From Macrostomum lignano (taxonomy: Eukaryota): 64,000 nucleotides of DNA. The stretch spans positions 256-64,255 of the forward strand of contig NIVC01004018.1 in the NCBI GenBank assembly GCA_002269645.1, read 5' to 3'. The position numbers and the translations under genes are program-made. Positions 11,183 to 23,116 of this stretch are shown here, in pieces (position 1 is the stretch's first letter; each line of letters begins with the position of its first letter). The notes below the pieces were generated by a model that saw nothing but the letters and a program-made list of their open reading frames with translations, did no database searches and had not been told where the DNA came from.

Positions 11183-11252
11183 GCGCACTTCGAAGGGTAC
11201 TCGTCCCGTGGGTGTTAAGGCAGGCCTTCTTGGGCCTTGCCGAGCTAATTCG
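11183..11252 (+). ncRNA. Candidate HDV/CPEB3-like self-cleaving ribozyme in the LINE 5' UTR
   Basis: P2 CGAA(11191-94)/UUCG(11249-52); P3 GGG/CCC around L3 UACUCGU; P1 3' strand GUGGGU; P1.1 AC/GU; P4 hairpin GGCAGGCC-UUCUUG-GGCCUUGCC; J4/2 GCUAA with catalytic C11245. Confidence 0.65.
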
Positions 11253-11492
11253 TTGGCGCCGGGTCCTGGTGTGACCATATAAACGCACCCTCTAATGTCC
11301 CAGTGTAACTCCGTGCTGATTGACGCTTGGCCAGGGAGTAGTCTGGTCGCTAACGGTTCCCCTTGCGCTTTTGGGTCCCCCCGCAGGGTGGTATTTTGCT
11401 TTTTGGGGGCCTGCCGCTTGGTTTGGGGTTGGTTTGGGCCTTGCGGCTCTTTGCCTGTGTTCTGCAGGAAGTCCCATTTTTACTTCCAGCCA

Positions 11493-12395
11493 ATGGCTTC
11501 TAACCAAAGTACTCAACCGGCTGTGGATGACACAGTGCCTCCAGCCTCGGCTGGGGCCGTGGACTCCGCGGCCATACCACCTGCTACCATCGGGGACGCC
11601 TCGGCGAGACCCGTGGAGCCAACTCTGAGCGGTGCCTCCGAGAAGACACCTGCTACTCCAGCTGCCAAGCAGCTGAGCACCACCTCTGGAGCTGCCCGCC
11701 GTCGACTTAACAAGGCGAGGCGGGCCAAGGAGGGCGGAAGCCTAACCTGCGCCAGGGGCCAACGGCCCGCGGCAGCGGAAGCTTCCCAATCTGGGGCGGT
11801 GGCGGAAGAGGGCCTCGAGCTGCGCATCCGCTCCTACGAGGCCAACCCTCCCTGGGGCAGTGAGCAGGGCGGGCGGGATGCGGGGGCGGCCGAGGCCGAG
11901 GCGCGAGCTTCTGCCCAGACTGCCAAAGCAAACCGCCCCGCCCGGCAGCACGGCCGCGCGGGCAAAGCTAAGCGCGCCGTTGAGGGCGGAGGCGACCGAC
12001 GCCCAGCGCGCAGCACCTAGCGGCGCGGCCTGTACCAGCGTGCAGCTGAGGCAGTCCGTACCGCCAAAATCACTCAGCTGAGGCGAGAGGTCGCCGGGAC
12101 GCCTAGGCGCACCGGTTCGTCTAGGGAGGGTGGGGACGCCCCAGCTGGGCCCAGCCACTCGAGTCAGGGCCGACTGGAGACGGACCCGCCTGCCCAGGCG
12201 GCTGGCTGCTCCAGGGCATTGGGCCAATCTGAGGCGGAGGACCCCATGGCTGGTGGGCGAAGGGCGGCGAACGCTGCCTATTGTCTTCCGTCCAATCGGG
12301 GGCCTTCTGCTGAAGAAGAGCCCATGGACCTGAAGCCGGTGAGCCCCGAGGAGGAGGAGGAACTCCTGGCGGCTGCAACATCCGATCTGCACTGA
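11493..12395 (+). pseudogene. LINE ORF1 (low-complexity, frameshifted)
   Basis: MASNQSTQPAVDD... to ...EEEEELLAAATSDLH*; position upstream of the APE domain; no CCHC knuckle recognised. Confidence 0.55.
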
Positions 12396-14585
12396 TGCCA
12401 GCGGCAACCTGGTGTCCGCAGATCAACACCCAGCACTGTGTGGCGGCGTCAGTCAACTTGATGCGCACAACAGAGCAACAGCTTCCGGGCCTGGTCTTCG
12501 TGCAGGATCCCTGGATGACTAAAGGTAAGCCAAATAATGTGCCATCTGGCTATATATCACTGTTTTTGCATGGCGGACTCTCAGCCTCGGCCAAGATCTC
12601 TGGTCTTTGCTGCAAAAGCTTTTGAGGCATGGATGAGACCTGATCTCTCGACTGGGGACATCTGTGTTGTTCAAATCAATAACCTCATTCCAATAAACCC
12701 GTGCTGGTCGCATATGCCTATTTCCCAGGCGATGTCCCAGTAGTCTGCGACGCGCTAGTCAACCTCATTGACTACGCCGCGTCCCGTCGGTTCGAGCTGC
12801 TCATTGCAGGGGATGTGAACGCACACCACCTGCATTGGGGCAGCAGGAACACCAATAACAGAGGCAAAGAACTGCTGGCCTATGTCAGCAGCACTAACCT
12901 CAATTTCTGTATCGTGGGCAATGCACCAACGTTCAATAATGGGCGGTGGGCCGAAGTCATCGACACCACCATCGCATCACCCGGACTGCTTTCCGCAGTT
13001 ACGGGCTAGCGAGTGTGGGGCGAGGACTCGCTCTCGGACCACCGCTTTATCCGCTTTTGCATTGGGCCGACCAAGCAAAAGCCTAAGGTCACTTGGAGTC
13101 GGAACGTCAGGAATCCCGATTGGGCCGCCTTTGGCTCGAAGCTGAGCCGCGGCCTTCGGGATCTTGACCCCCCCCCCAGTGACCTCTCTGATTGCCAGGT
13201 GGTGGATGATCTCGCCTCCTCCCTGGGCAGGGCGATCACCACTGCCTTTGAAGCAGCCTGCTCTATAAAAGCCTATAAAGGCAAGAAATCTGCTCCCTGG
13301 TGGAACCCAGAGCTCGGTGCCCTTCGGCGCCGAGCCAGGACCCCCAAAGACGAGCGCTCAAAACCAAAGACCCATCTGACAGAGAGGCCTATACCCGTGC
13401 GATCCACGAGTTTAAGGGCCAAGTCAGAAGGGCCAAGACGGCTAAGTGGCGCCAGTATTGCGAAGGGCTTGAGGGCTCTCGCCCCGTAGCCCGCGTGGTT
13501 AAGGCACTCACAAATGACCGTTTTTTCTAAACTCTGTTGTGAAGAGACCTGACAGCTCGGTCACAGAGAGCTCTGAAGAGACTCTAAAGCTAATGCTCAA
13601 CAGTTTCTTCCCTAAATCTCCGACTCAGCAGGGCCCGCCTGACCACACAGTGGTTCGAGGGCAAGGCCTAGCAAAGTCTATGATCACCAAAGACCGCATT
13701 ATTAGAGCGACAAGGTCCTTTAACCCATTCAAGGCGCCTGGGCCCGACGGCATCTACCCAGCGTTCTTGCACGAAGCAGTGAAAAACCACCGCTTTCTGG
13801 ACTTCTTCTGTCGTCTCCTTCGAGCTTGTGTGGAGCTGGGCTATATGTACCAGTTGCGTGGAGAGAGGCCCAGGTGGTATTTATCCCCAAGCCTGGAAAG
13901 AGCGATTACCAATCGGTGAAGGCCTTCAGGCCTATCAGCCTCACTTCTTTCTGCCTCAAGCTCCTCGAGACACTGGTGCTCTGGCGCCTACTTTCGGTCG
14001 AGCTGAAGCGCTTCCTACTCTCGCAGAACCAGCACGCTTTCCGCGCGGGCAGGTCTACCGAGAGTGCCCTCCATGTCATTGTTGACTTCCTGGAGAGGGC
14101 CGTTCTTGGCAGCGGCTTTGCCCTCTCGCTTTTCCTTGACATTGAGGGGGCCTTCGACAACATCATCTTCGAGGCCTTTTGCAGAGCCCTGGAATCCAGG
14201 GCCACGAACCCTCACCTTGTCCGGTGGATCATGTTCATGATCCGGAACCGCACTGTTGTGGCCCACCTAAACGGCAGCTCTCTTTCGGCGCCTGTCCGAA
14301 AAGGGGGCCCCAGGGCGGAGTTCTCACCCCCGTTCTCTGGAACATGGTCATGGATGAGTTGCTTTGCAGTGATCTCCACGACCCCATTCTCAAGGTGGGC
14401 TATGCCGATGATGTGACCGCGATTTGCACGGGCCCCTCGGTTGACACCATCAGAGATCTTCTGCAGGGCTTTCTAGGATGAGCGGAGCGTTGGGCAAACC
14501 AATGTGGCCTTAGACTCTCAGAGTCGAAAACCACAGCGGTCATGTTTACCAACAAACTGCTCTGGACCATGAAGCCCCTCACTGG
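12395..14585 (+). pseudogene. LINE ORF2: APE endonuclease plus reverse transcriptase, disrupted
   Basis: QINTQHCVAAS, FVQDPW, IAGDVNAHH..WGS..TN.RGKELL, SLSDHRFI, KAPGPDGI, VVFIPKPGK..Y...KAFRPISLTSFCLKLLE, QHAFRAGRSTESAL, FLDIEGAFDN, PQGGVLTP, GYADDV. Confidence 0.92.
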
Positions 14586-15116
14586 ACTATGAAGCATAGA
14601 CAGACAGTTTCAATCAGCTCTCTGTGAATGATTTTCTTATTTTAATAGCAAAAATTAAGTTAAAAATGCATTTTTTCTCCCCGGGGTCCCCGGTTCAATT
14701 CCCCGAGGAGTATTCCCCGACAAGCTCCCCGGGGTCGACATCCCTAGTCTCGGTAAACATATAATTACATTTACACTCGGTAATAGACCGAGTCGCGGCC
14801 CGTCTCGTTAATTACGCGGACTCGTAGTCCGTCTCGGTCCGTCTCGGCTCCGTCTCGGCTCCGTCTCGGTCCGTCTCGGTCCGTCTCGGTAAAAACACGG
14901 ACCCACTATGTTGGTATAAGACCAAGATGGCCACAACATTGAATCTCAATTATATTTACTCTCTCTACCATTTACCAACAACTTAATAGTTATTGTTATA
15001 TTAATTATGATGTTTAATCAATATAATTCATAAATACTAATAGTCTAATACTATAAAAGATTTGAAACTAATTACCCATAATACAAAAACTTTTTTTAGT
15101 GTTTGTGTCAATTTAT

Positions 15117-15750
15117 AGTTGACGGTCATTTCGTCTGCCGCCAGTTCGTCTGCCACCCTTTCGTCTGTAAGAATACGATACAGTCGTTTCGTCTGCCAAC
15201 GAATAGTAAAGTTTTAATAAGTGTAAATATGTCAGTTGTTGTCATTAATTTGAGATTAGAGATATTTGAGATAATAGCTTGATTAAGATATCAGGATCAT
15301 TTCTTAGTAGTAATGACTTAAACGAGTAATTTCTGAATAATTTTGTTTATATTTAATAAACTACACAATTGAACGAACCCATTCAATATTATCTCTTAAC
15401 TTTCCAAAGCTTCAAAGCTCAAAAGCAATTAGTCGAGTTAGAATTATTTTACTTATTATAAGTAAGTTACATGCGCACAAATTATAAATCCCATTCACAG
15501 CTCATTACGTAGATTCAATTAATGCTTATATACGAATAATTGGTCTTCTTGGAAACATTGCGATAAGCAAAATAAAAAATACAAATATTACATCTAATTT
15601 TAAATCTGAAAATTACTAGTAAATTCTAACTATTAAAAGTAAACTATAAATTAATTTCAGCCATTTATGAAACCTATTTTGCTACTTATTTTAAAAAGTC
15701 GTTTCGTCTGCTGGCAGACAAAAAGACGGCAGACGAAATGACTGCGCACC
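15117..15750. mobile_element. About 630-bp MITE (MULE/Merlin-like) with TTTCGTCTG subterminal repeats
   Basis: TIR core GTCATTTCGTCTGCCG at both ends; 8-bp TSD CAATTTAT (15109-15116; 15751-15758). Confidence 0.75.
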
Positions 15751-17662
15751 CAATTTATTCCCTATCATTATATCTATCAAATCTATCACTATCAGTTTAT
15801 CAAGAAACTATTGCTAGTGGTAAGGCCTAATGCTATGCAAAAAATGGGATGAATATGCAACAAGGTATTTATTTTATGCTAGGCTAGGCCTATTGGCTTT
15901 ATTTAGTAGATAAATATCTATATATCAGGCTACAATAAAAGCTAAAGCCAAAGCCAAAGGGAATGATTATAATGTAATATAATTCTATTATAGCATATAT
16001 TTCTCTAAGACTCGAAGATCTATACCTAATACAAGTTACTACTAATAGAAAATGAGTGAAATGTATAGACCTAGCCCTAGGCTTATTATTATCTATTTAG
16101 ACATTTAGAGCTATGGCCATCTTGTTATGTAGCCATCTTGGTCATGTGCCACTATGTTAGGGCCTAATTATATTAATTAGCTATCTAATAACATTTTATA
16201 GGCCTAAGGGTTTTTGATAAATTTCCTGTTGTAAATTCTTAAAAATAAGGGTTCTCCTAGAAAATAAAAGTGATCTTAGTCATTTTTTTAACTGCCATTT
16301 TTCAACTTATTTGCTATTAATCATTTTCAAATATAAGCTTTATTAATATTTTTCAAACCAAAAATAGTCAATAAGACAAGGTATTAATAGTACTTGAAAG
16401 ACTTTAGTCAAGGACCTTAAGCTAAGTAAACAAAATTGTTGTAAAATAGTTTTGGCACATAGTGCAAGCAAACTTATTCAATAGGATTCATTCTGGCACA
16501 TGGCCTAAGCAACCATTTTAAAGGATTTTTCTAGTGTATGTGTGCTATGATCCTTACTATAGATTTTGGACTTTGGTTAAAAAAGATAAAGATAAAAATA
16601 AAATATAAAAGGTATTATACTGTTAAACTTTTCATACAATATACTATTATTATACTTATTAGACTTTTATGGCTATGTGATGTTTTAGCAAAGTAATATT
16701 TTGGCAAATCACAAAAGTAATGTTTTGGCAAAGTATTGTAACAAATTTTGGCCATTTCAAAAAATGACCCACAATAGATAAAGTAAACAATGTGGATTCA
16801 TATGAATACATTTTGCTAAATTTTCTAAAGTGTACAAATTTAATAGTAGACAAATTTCCTACTTGGTGGCTGCCATACTAGGCACTAGTGCATAACCATC
16901 TATTTTGAAAACTGCTCCTATCTCAAAGGTAGCAAATAAGAAACAAATTAAGAGTTATAATAACAAATAAAAAGTACCTTTGCTTTGCAAATAAAGAAGT
17001 TAAAAATGTTAAAAGTAACAAAGCAATAAAATTAGTAAATAAGTACCAAGCCTAAAACTACATTTTAAAAAAATTAGAAAAAAAAGTTTTGATTTCAACA
17101 AAGTAGTCTTAATTGCCACTGGGTAGTAGAAAATTCTCTTATTACAAGTTCAGAAATATCTTATTGCCAAAAATTACTTTGCTAAAACATTGCATAGCAA
17201 ACTTTTATTTGCCTATAATAGAAATTTTTTGAACTCTTAAAAACATCTACTTTTTTAGCTTGCACAATGTTTAAGCATTTTTATTTCATTTTTCTTTTAC
17301 TAATATTTAAAATTTATCTTAAACTATAAGGATATCTTATAAGAGTTTAAAATTTTGAAATGTACGCTGAATAAAGAGATAATTTCATGTTTAAATAATA
17401 AACACAAAAGTGCACTAGGGACCCCTGTGTATACTATGATTATTTGCCAAGTGCCCTTATATATCCTAGAATTTTCTGTGGCCAAGGCTACTTCCCTGAC
17501 TATGACTTTGTCTTCAAATTGAAAGAAATACTCATAAGGTGTATATAAACTAGAAAAATCTAAAAATCCTAGAAAGTCCCTGAAAACATATAAATAACCT
17601 GTAAATTAGTGTAAAACCTAGTTTTAAGGTCATGAAAGAACAAATTCATGCCTATCATACAT

Positions 17663-17816
17663 GCGCAACCTAGGGATTCACCCGGCCGTTTCTATTGGCA
17701 ACACACATATAAGTCGCTATTGGCTGAGAGCAGTCACGTGACTACTATTCTGTCCAATAGTGACTTACATGTGTGTGTTGCCAATAGAAACGGCCGGGTA
17801 AATCCCTAGGTTGCGC
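17663..17816. repeat. Near-perfect 154-bp palindrome (MITE-like); degenerate half copy at about 63825-63915
   Basis: GCGCAACCTAGGGATT.ACCCGGCCGTTTCTATTGGCAACACACA arms; central GTCACGTGAC. Confidence 0.8.
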
Positions 17817-19370
17817 CCAAGCATGATGCCTATTATTGTAAGTTATATTTTGCCAAATCAATACCTAGAATTTATAGTCTATAAATAACTTGGAAAATTT
17901 CTGGGAAACCCTAAAAAATGAAGAAATAGGAGCATATCATTGAGTTAAGAATAATTAAAATTAAAGTGTATCCATACCTAGCAGATTTAGTACCCTTATT
18001 TATTAGTACCCAATGGTTAATAATATATTGTTATATAGTATTTTATATTGTATGAATGGAATAATAGCTACATTTTAATATGAAAGCATATTGTATAGAA
18101 ATTCATATAGCTCAAATGCTAGATATTTCTAGCATACAAATACTCTAGGTTTTTCTGTTAGAAATGCAGTGCCATTTAGCATCCTTGGTCCAAAACCCCA
18201 ATGCCAAACTGAAAACAACAATGCTAAGTGGGATCAATAAAAATGTTTGAAATCAAGAAAATTCCTGTACCTTTAACTTGCCACATACACTGTTTTGACT
18301 TTGAGCCTTTGACCTAGTCCCAAGTTCCCAATGCACTATATTGCTATTCTACTGAATTCTATCCCATTAGATCAACTATCAGATAATTTAATTTGTTACA
18401 AGTTTGATAAGCAGGCATCAACCTTAGAAAAACATTGTGTCAATTTGGCATTAGGGGTCTAAATCTAGGATGCAAAAACAAAAGTTAGGATGCCATGGTA
18501 TCCATATACTACAAAAAACTAGCCAAAGCTCCAGCTAGTATATATCAAGTGTAAAAGCAGGAAATACAACTTTCTTGTATATAATCATTAGTGTAAAATT
18601 CTTAACTATATATTTTTATAGCTTGTGGCTAATGTATAAAAGCATTGAGGTCTATGACATCCAGCATCTAAAATATGCTAAACAATCACTTTGTCATAGT
18701 AATGTTAATTTTAATATTATGACAATGAATTAGTTTAGTAAAATATTTACAATTAGTATAAAAATTGTTTTTTCTAATCTATAATATTAACATATGCTTA
18801 AGTTCTGTTTTATTAATGTTTCAATGATTTTTTGAAAGAAATCAAGCTTTATTTTTGACTAACATATGTACTAGCATATACTTAACTACTACTTTCTGGC
18901 ATATACTGTACTTATAACTTAGTCTATAACTAAGGCATAAATTCCAAAATAGTTTCAAACATCAGAGCACAATGCTTGCTTACTGTTATCAGTTGGAAGA
19001 ATCTACCAATGGAGTCACCAAATAGTATAAGAATAGATGTCTGACATCAGTGACACTAATCATCATGACAATCAATCCATCTATTGGCTCAAAAATGATT
19101 TTGGCAAAGTGGTCGGAACTCCTAGAACTGCCACAATTGCTGATTTTAGATATAGAGTTAACTACAATGCTGATTGAATCTTAAATTGACTTACTAATAG
19201 CTTGTAGTTGAACAGATGTGACACCATTGTTATATTATTTTGCTTACAAGCTAGTTAATTGCAATAGTGGCAATGAAACAAATTGATCCTAGCAAGCATC
19301 TATGCCTAGCATAGTCTCAAATTGGTTTGCCAATGATTGGTAGGCTGACGCATCTTTGGCACACTAAAAA

Positions 19371-19693
19371 GGGAGCACGAGAATCGCCCGCAGTGCAGAG
19401 ATTTAGAGAACAAAGCGACATTGCATATGCATGAATTATACTCATAGCTCGCATTGTACCCCTGCATGTATATCTAACTGAATACCTACAAGAAAACAAT
19501 GCATTTGATATGCAGTTACTATCAAAACATTTTGATCAGGTAAATCCCTTTATAAAGACTTACTAAGCATGGGGGCAATGCAGATAAAATCTGCTGTGTG
19601 GCCAAATGCATTGCAGGAAAAAGCATTGCGGGCAAACCTCGGCAGGAAAAAACTCGGCGGGCAATTCACTTGCGGGCAATTCTCATGGACCCC
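19371..19693. mobile_element. MITE with GCGGGCAA subterminal repeats
   Basis: Left GGGAGCACGAGAATCGCCCGCAG vs right reverse complement GGGGTCCATGAGAATTGCCCGCAAG; TSD imperfect (TAAAAA-like). Confidence 0.55.
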
Positions 19694-20329
19694 TTAAAAA
19701 TGATAAGTTATTTCAATATTTTTCGTTTAGTGAGATGTAGATATTGGTTTTCTATCACTGAACCTAGTTTTTTTCATTTTAACTCATCAACAAGACCAGC
19801 TTTAGCTGTTTAATCTTTATCACTGGCATGCATGATATTTATTGTTGTTTCAAAGCTTTCACAAACATGTGACTGACTGCTTTGCTGCTTCTCTAGACAA
19901 GTAGACCTACCCATTCAGTAGTCTTGACAGCTACATGAAAAAAAATGCTTGCAAAAAGTGGATGGTTTTAGATGCTTGATATTTTTTGTGTGCTGTCATC
20001 TATTTGCCTATCTTCTCTAATCTTCTCTAATGTTCTCTTTCCCTATTTCTATATTTAGCTTCTTCCTTGCGAACTCGAAGCCAGCGGATTCCTTATTTGG
20101 ACTAGACCAGACCTTTTGCATTTTGCTCGCTGTCCCACGTACTCGTGGGTTCCGTCTCTTCTCCCTTTGGTGTACATGCTTGCGCAGCAAGTACAGTCAA
20201 GTACTGCTATGGAACTGGATAGACTAACTGACCACTGCCTACTGATGCTATTTTTAGCTCTGCACGTATAAGATGGTAACTGGGATTATCTGATACATAG
20301 AATGATTTTATTAGTTAGTCCATGAAAGA

Positions 20330-20670
20330 GATAGATAAAAGGAATATACAGGAGGGGAGAAGGAAAGACACCAAAGAAGAGGGAGAGATACGAGAGTAGG
20401 AGAGACACAAGAGGAGGAGAGATACGAGAGTAGGAGAGACACAAGAGGAGTAGGAGAGATACGAGAGGAGGAGGAGAGACATGAGGAGAAGGAGAGACAC
20501 AAGAGGAGGAGGAGAGACATGAGGAGACACAAGAGACACGAGAGGAGAAGAGGCACAAGCGGAGAAGAGAAACACGAGAGGAGAAGAGGCACAGGCGGAG
20601 AAGAGAGACACGAGAGGAGAAGAGGAGAAGAGGCACAAGAAAGGGAGAGTCACGAAAGGAGAGACAGGTG
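20330..20670. repeat. GA-rich low-complexity tandem repeat
   Basis: gaggagagacacaagag / gagatacgagag units. Confidence 0.85.
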
Positions 20671-20844
20671 ACAGCAATAGTGATATTGGATAGTCGTGCA
20701 ACTCTTCTATCGCGCCTGAAATGTCTTTGAAATGGGGATTTTTTCTCAACAGAGTTAACGTGAAACAATAAAACATGTTACAATACTTCAAAGTCGTCTC
20801 CACCCTTCTCAGTGCACTTTTGGTGGCGCCGAATTCATCCTTGA

Positions 20845-21075
20845 AAGAAGTCACAGCGGTACTCAGAAGCTGGAATTGCTCTGAGCTCTGAATTGATGCA
20901 CCTCGTCAGATCGTGCTAATGGTTAAACACGCGGCCAACCTTTTTGTCAACTTTAGAAACACCCAAAAGTCACGGGCCAGGTCTGGACTGAATGGTGGAT
21001 TGTCAAACAAGCTTGATGTTGTTTTCAGCCAGAAAGTTGGTTGTCATGGCAGCCTGTGTGACTGGTGAAGATAGA
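20845..21075 (-). pseudogene. Mariner (Tc1/mariner) transposase C-terminal relic
   Basis: Across frames: AAMTTNFLAENNIKLV-DNPPFSPDLA-(C)DFWVFLKL.KRL-GRVF...DLTRCINSELRAIPASEY, matching the PPYSPDLAPxDF motif. Confidence 0.75.
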
Positions 21076-21934
21076 TGGCTGGTTTGCCTTCACTGATGCG
21101 ATGACGTCTAGTAGAACTGCTTGAATAAAAGCTGGCATTCACATTTTTACCGTTTTGCACCATGACGAGTGCCACTGAGCTAGAAGAGCTGTTGAAGATG
21201 TCGAACATCTTCCGGAAGCGAAAACCAGTTGGTCTCTGTCTCTGGAGCCGATCCAGGCCTTGCTTTGCGGCTGATATTTCATAGTCCGTTTTGGCCAAAA
21301 CTATGTTTGTGAAGTTTCTTAAGCCCTAGCATATTTGATTTCAAAGATTCAGTATTAGACTTATTGAGTGACTCTCGTACCAGTGTCTAAGCTAACGCAT
21401 ATGAAAAAGGCTAAATGACATAAAGCTTAGTGCAGTTCTGCAAACACAGATAGAAAAGCACTTCTGTATTTGGAGAGCCAATTTAACAAAGGCCAAGTTT
21501 ACTTTCTCGGCACAAAAGTTTTTTTTGTAGTTGAAGAATAGAAAAGTTTAGAATAGACCTTTGTTTATCTGCTCAGTTCATTTTTGAGTGCAAGAACTTG
21601 CTCAAACAATTTAGGCTGTGTCACGAAACGGCTCGTGACTATTTTTTATAGCATCCAGTTTAGCCCTATCTGTTCTGTTTCTCAAGTCCAACCCCGCGTG
21701 TTTTCTGGTCTTATACGAGTACGGTTTCTTTCTATTTTCCGACACTGTTGCTCTAGATTGCTTGAGAGGGTCTTATCTACATGTGAAAGGTCTGGGTGAA
21801 ATCTTGTGCATTTTGTCTGAGGAGGATGTTATTTAAATAATTGGCCCAATGTTTCCGCACGACTGCGGAAACCAATTTCATCTTTAATCTTATTGGCAGG
21901 GATAAAGCTTTAAAATCGGATAGGACAATCTAAA

Positions 21935-22010
21935 GCGGGGTGACTATCGGAGCCCCATATTGCCATGGGTTTGAGTCCACCCGCAGCCACATTAATTCGG
22001 GGCTTGTGCT
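21935..22010 (+). mobile_element. Degenerate tRNA-derived SINE head
   Basis: GCGGG...CCCGC stem, B-box-like GGGTTTGAGTCC, followed by acattaattcggggct as in the 58456-58816 SINE (acattaatttggggct). Confidence 0.45.
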
Positions 22011-22279
22011 CAGGAAAATTGGCTGAGATCTCGCCATAAGTTAGTGTTTTTAGGCAGTCGATTCGTACTCAGGGATACGTACTCAGGCACGCCCTATCTG
22101 TTTTAGGAGGATGGTTTTTGGGATTTCAAGACCTCTTATCAATTGTTATTATTTTATTGGTGCCCCGTGGCTACGAAAGGTAAATAGGAAGTGAAAGAAG
22201 ACAAAGGGAGAGGATGGAAGGGAGAACAGGACAAAGGAAAGGAGAAGCCAAGGTGGTCTTTGAGACACCTCTGCTTTTA

Positions 22280-22465
22280 GAACGGAGACCACAGTGCGAC
22301 TGTGGAGCAAAATAAGGGAGGAGCTGCTGAAGTTCGCTGGAGCCCTGACCCCGCAGAAGTCTATGGAAAAAAGCAAATCCATCAACAGTTCTGAAATTCC
22401 TAAGGCTACATGGAACCTTGAATGAGTCGCCAATGATCCTGGCAGCCTTCTCTTGGACACGGTAC
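22280..22465 (-). pseudogene. LINE (CR1/L2/Jockey-type) ORF2 C-terminal relic
   Basis: YRVQEKAARIIGD...SL..FR.V..FAFFHR...G.GSSELQQLLP resembles the post-RT C-terminus LDRVQRRAARII...SL..RR. Confidence 0.55.
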
Positions 22466-23116
22466 AAATTGTTAAATTTGATTAATATTTAAGAATTGAG
22501 TCTGCAGACTTTCTGCAGCTTCTGTGGGTCAGAGAGGCTCAGCAGTGTAGAATAGAGATACTAGCTCGTAGTACTATATTTGATTTGGAGTTTTTGACTG
22601 TCGAGTTGGGACCCAGGATGCCAAATGGCAATTCAAAAGTCGCACTCAAGTCCCCTACCAGTTTTCGTGCAGAAATGCCAACTTAATGTTGCCGCGGTCA
22701 GAATCGAACTCCCATCTACCGATCAACTACTCTGTTCCCCTTTGATAGAATTTGTGCAAGTCTACAACACATGTATTGGCTGCGATTATCAACTACCGAA
22801 AATAAGTTTCACAACGAAGCTTTAATTACAGCAGTATTAGCTAATTAATTTTATTCAATAAGTGTTGACTGTGTACTGTTGCGCAGTACACTTGAAGCAC
22901 GGCTTGATAAGGACTGTAGCCCTTGGCGCTGACATTTTCTTTTTCACTTCTATTTGAACAGTTAACACGTTCGTGTGACTGTTTTCATTCGCTCATTTAC
23001 CTTTGCCTTGATACAGCATAATTACTTAAAGGCCGTTAAAAACTCTATTGCAACTGCAGCTTGTGTAAGCCGCCCAACTGCATAGCAAGTACCTGCAGGC
23101 CTTCAAGGATTCAGTC

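Larger units (their letters stand above)
11114..14585 (+). mobile_element. Degenerate, 3'-truncated non-LTR retrotransposon, LOA/R1-like clade (5' boundary approximate)
   Basis: ORF1 plus APE-RT ORF2 with frameshifts and stops; ends shortly after the YADD motif; no tail seen. Confidence 0.88.
7294..14904. mobile_element. Non-autonomous Mutator/Foldback-like TIR element (7.6 kb) with nested cargo
   Basis: 9-bp TSD ACTATGTTG (7285-7293; 14905-14913); long TIRs (7294-7484 and 14797-14904) beginning [C/G]GGTCCGTGTTTTTACC and built of CCGAGACGGA(G) tandem modules; no transposase seen inside. Confidence 0.85.
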
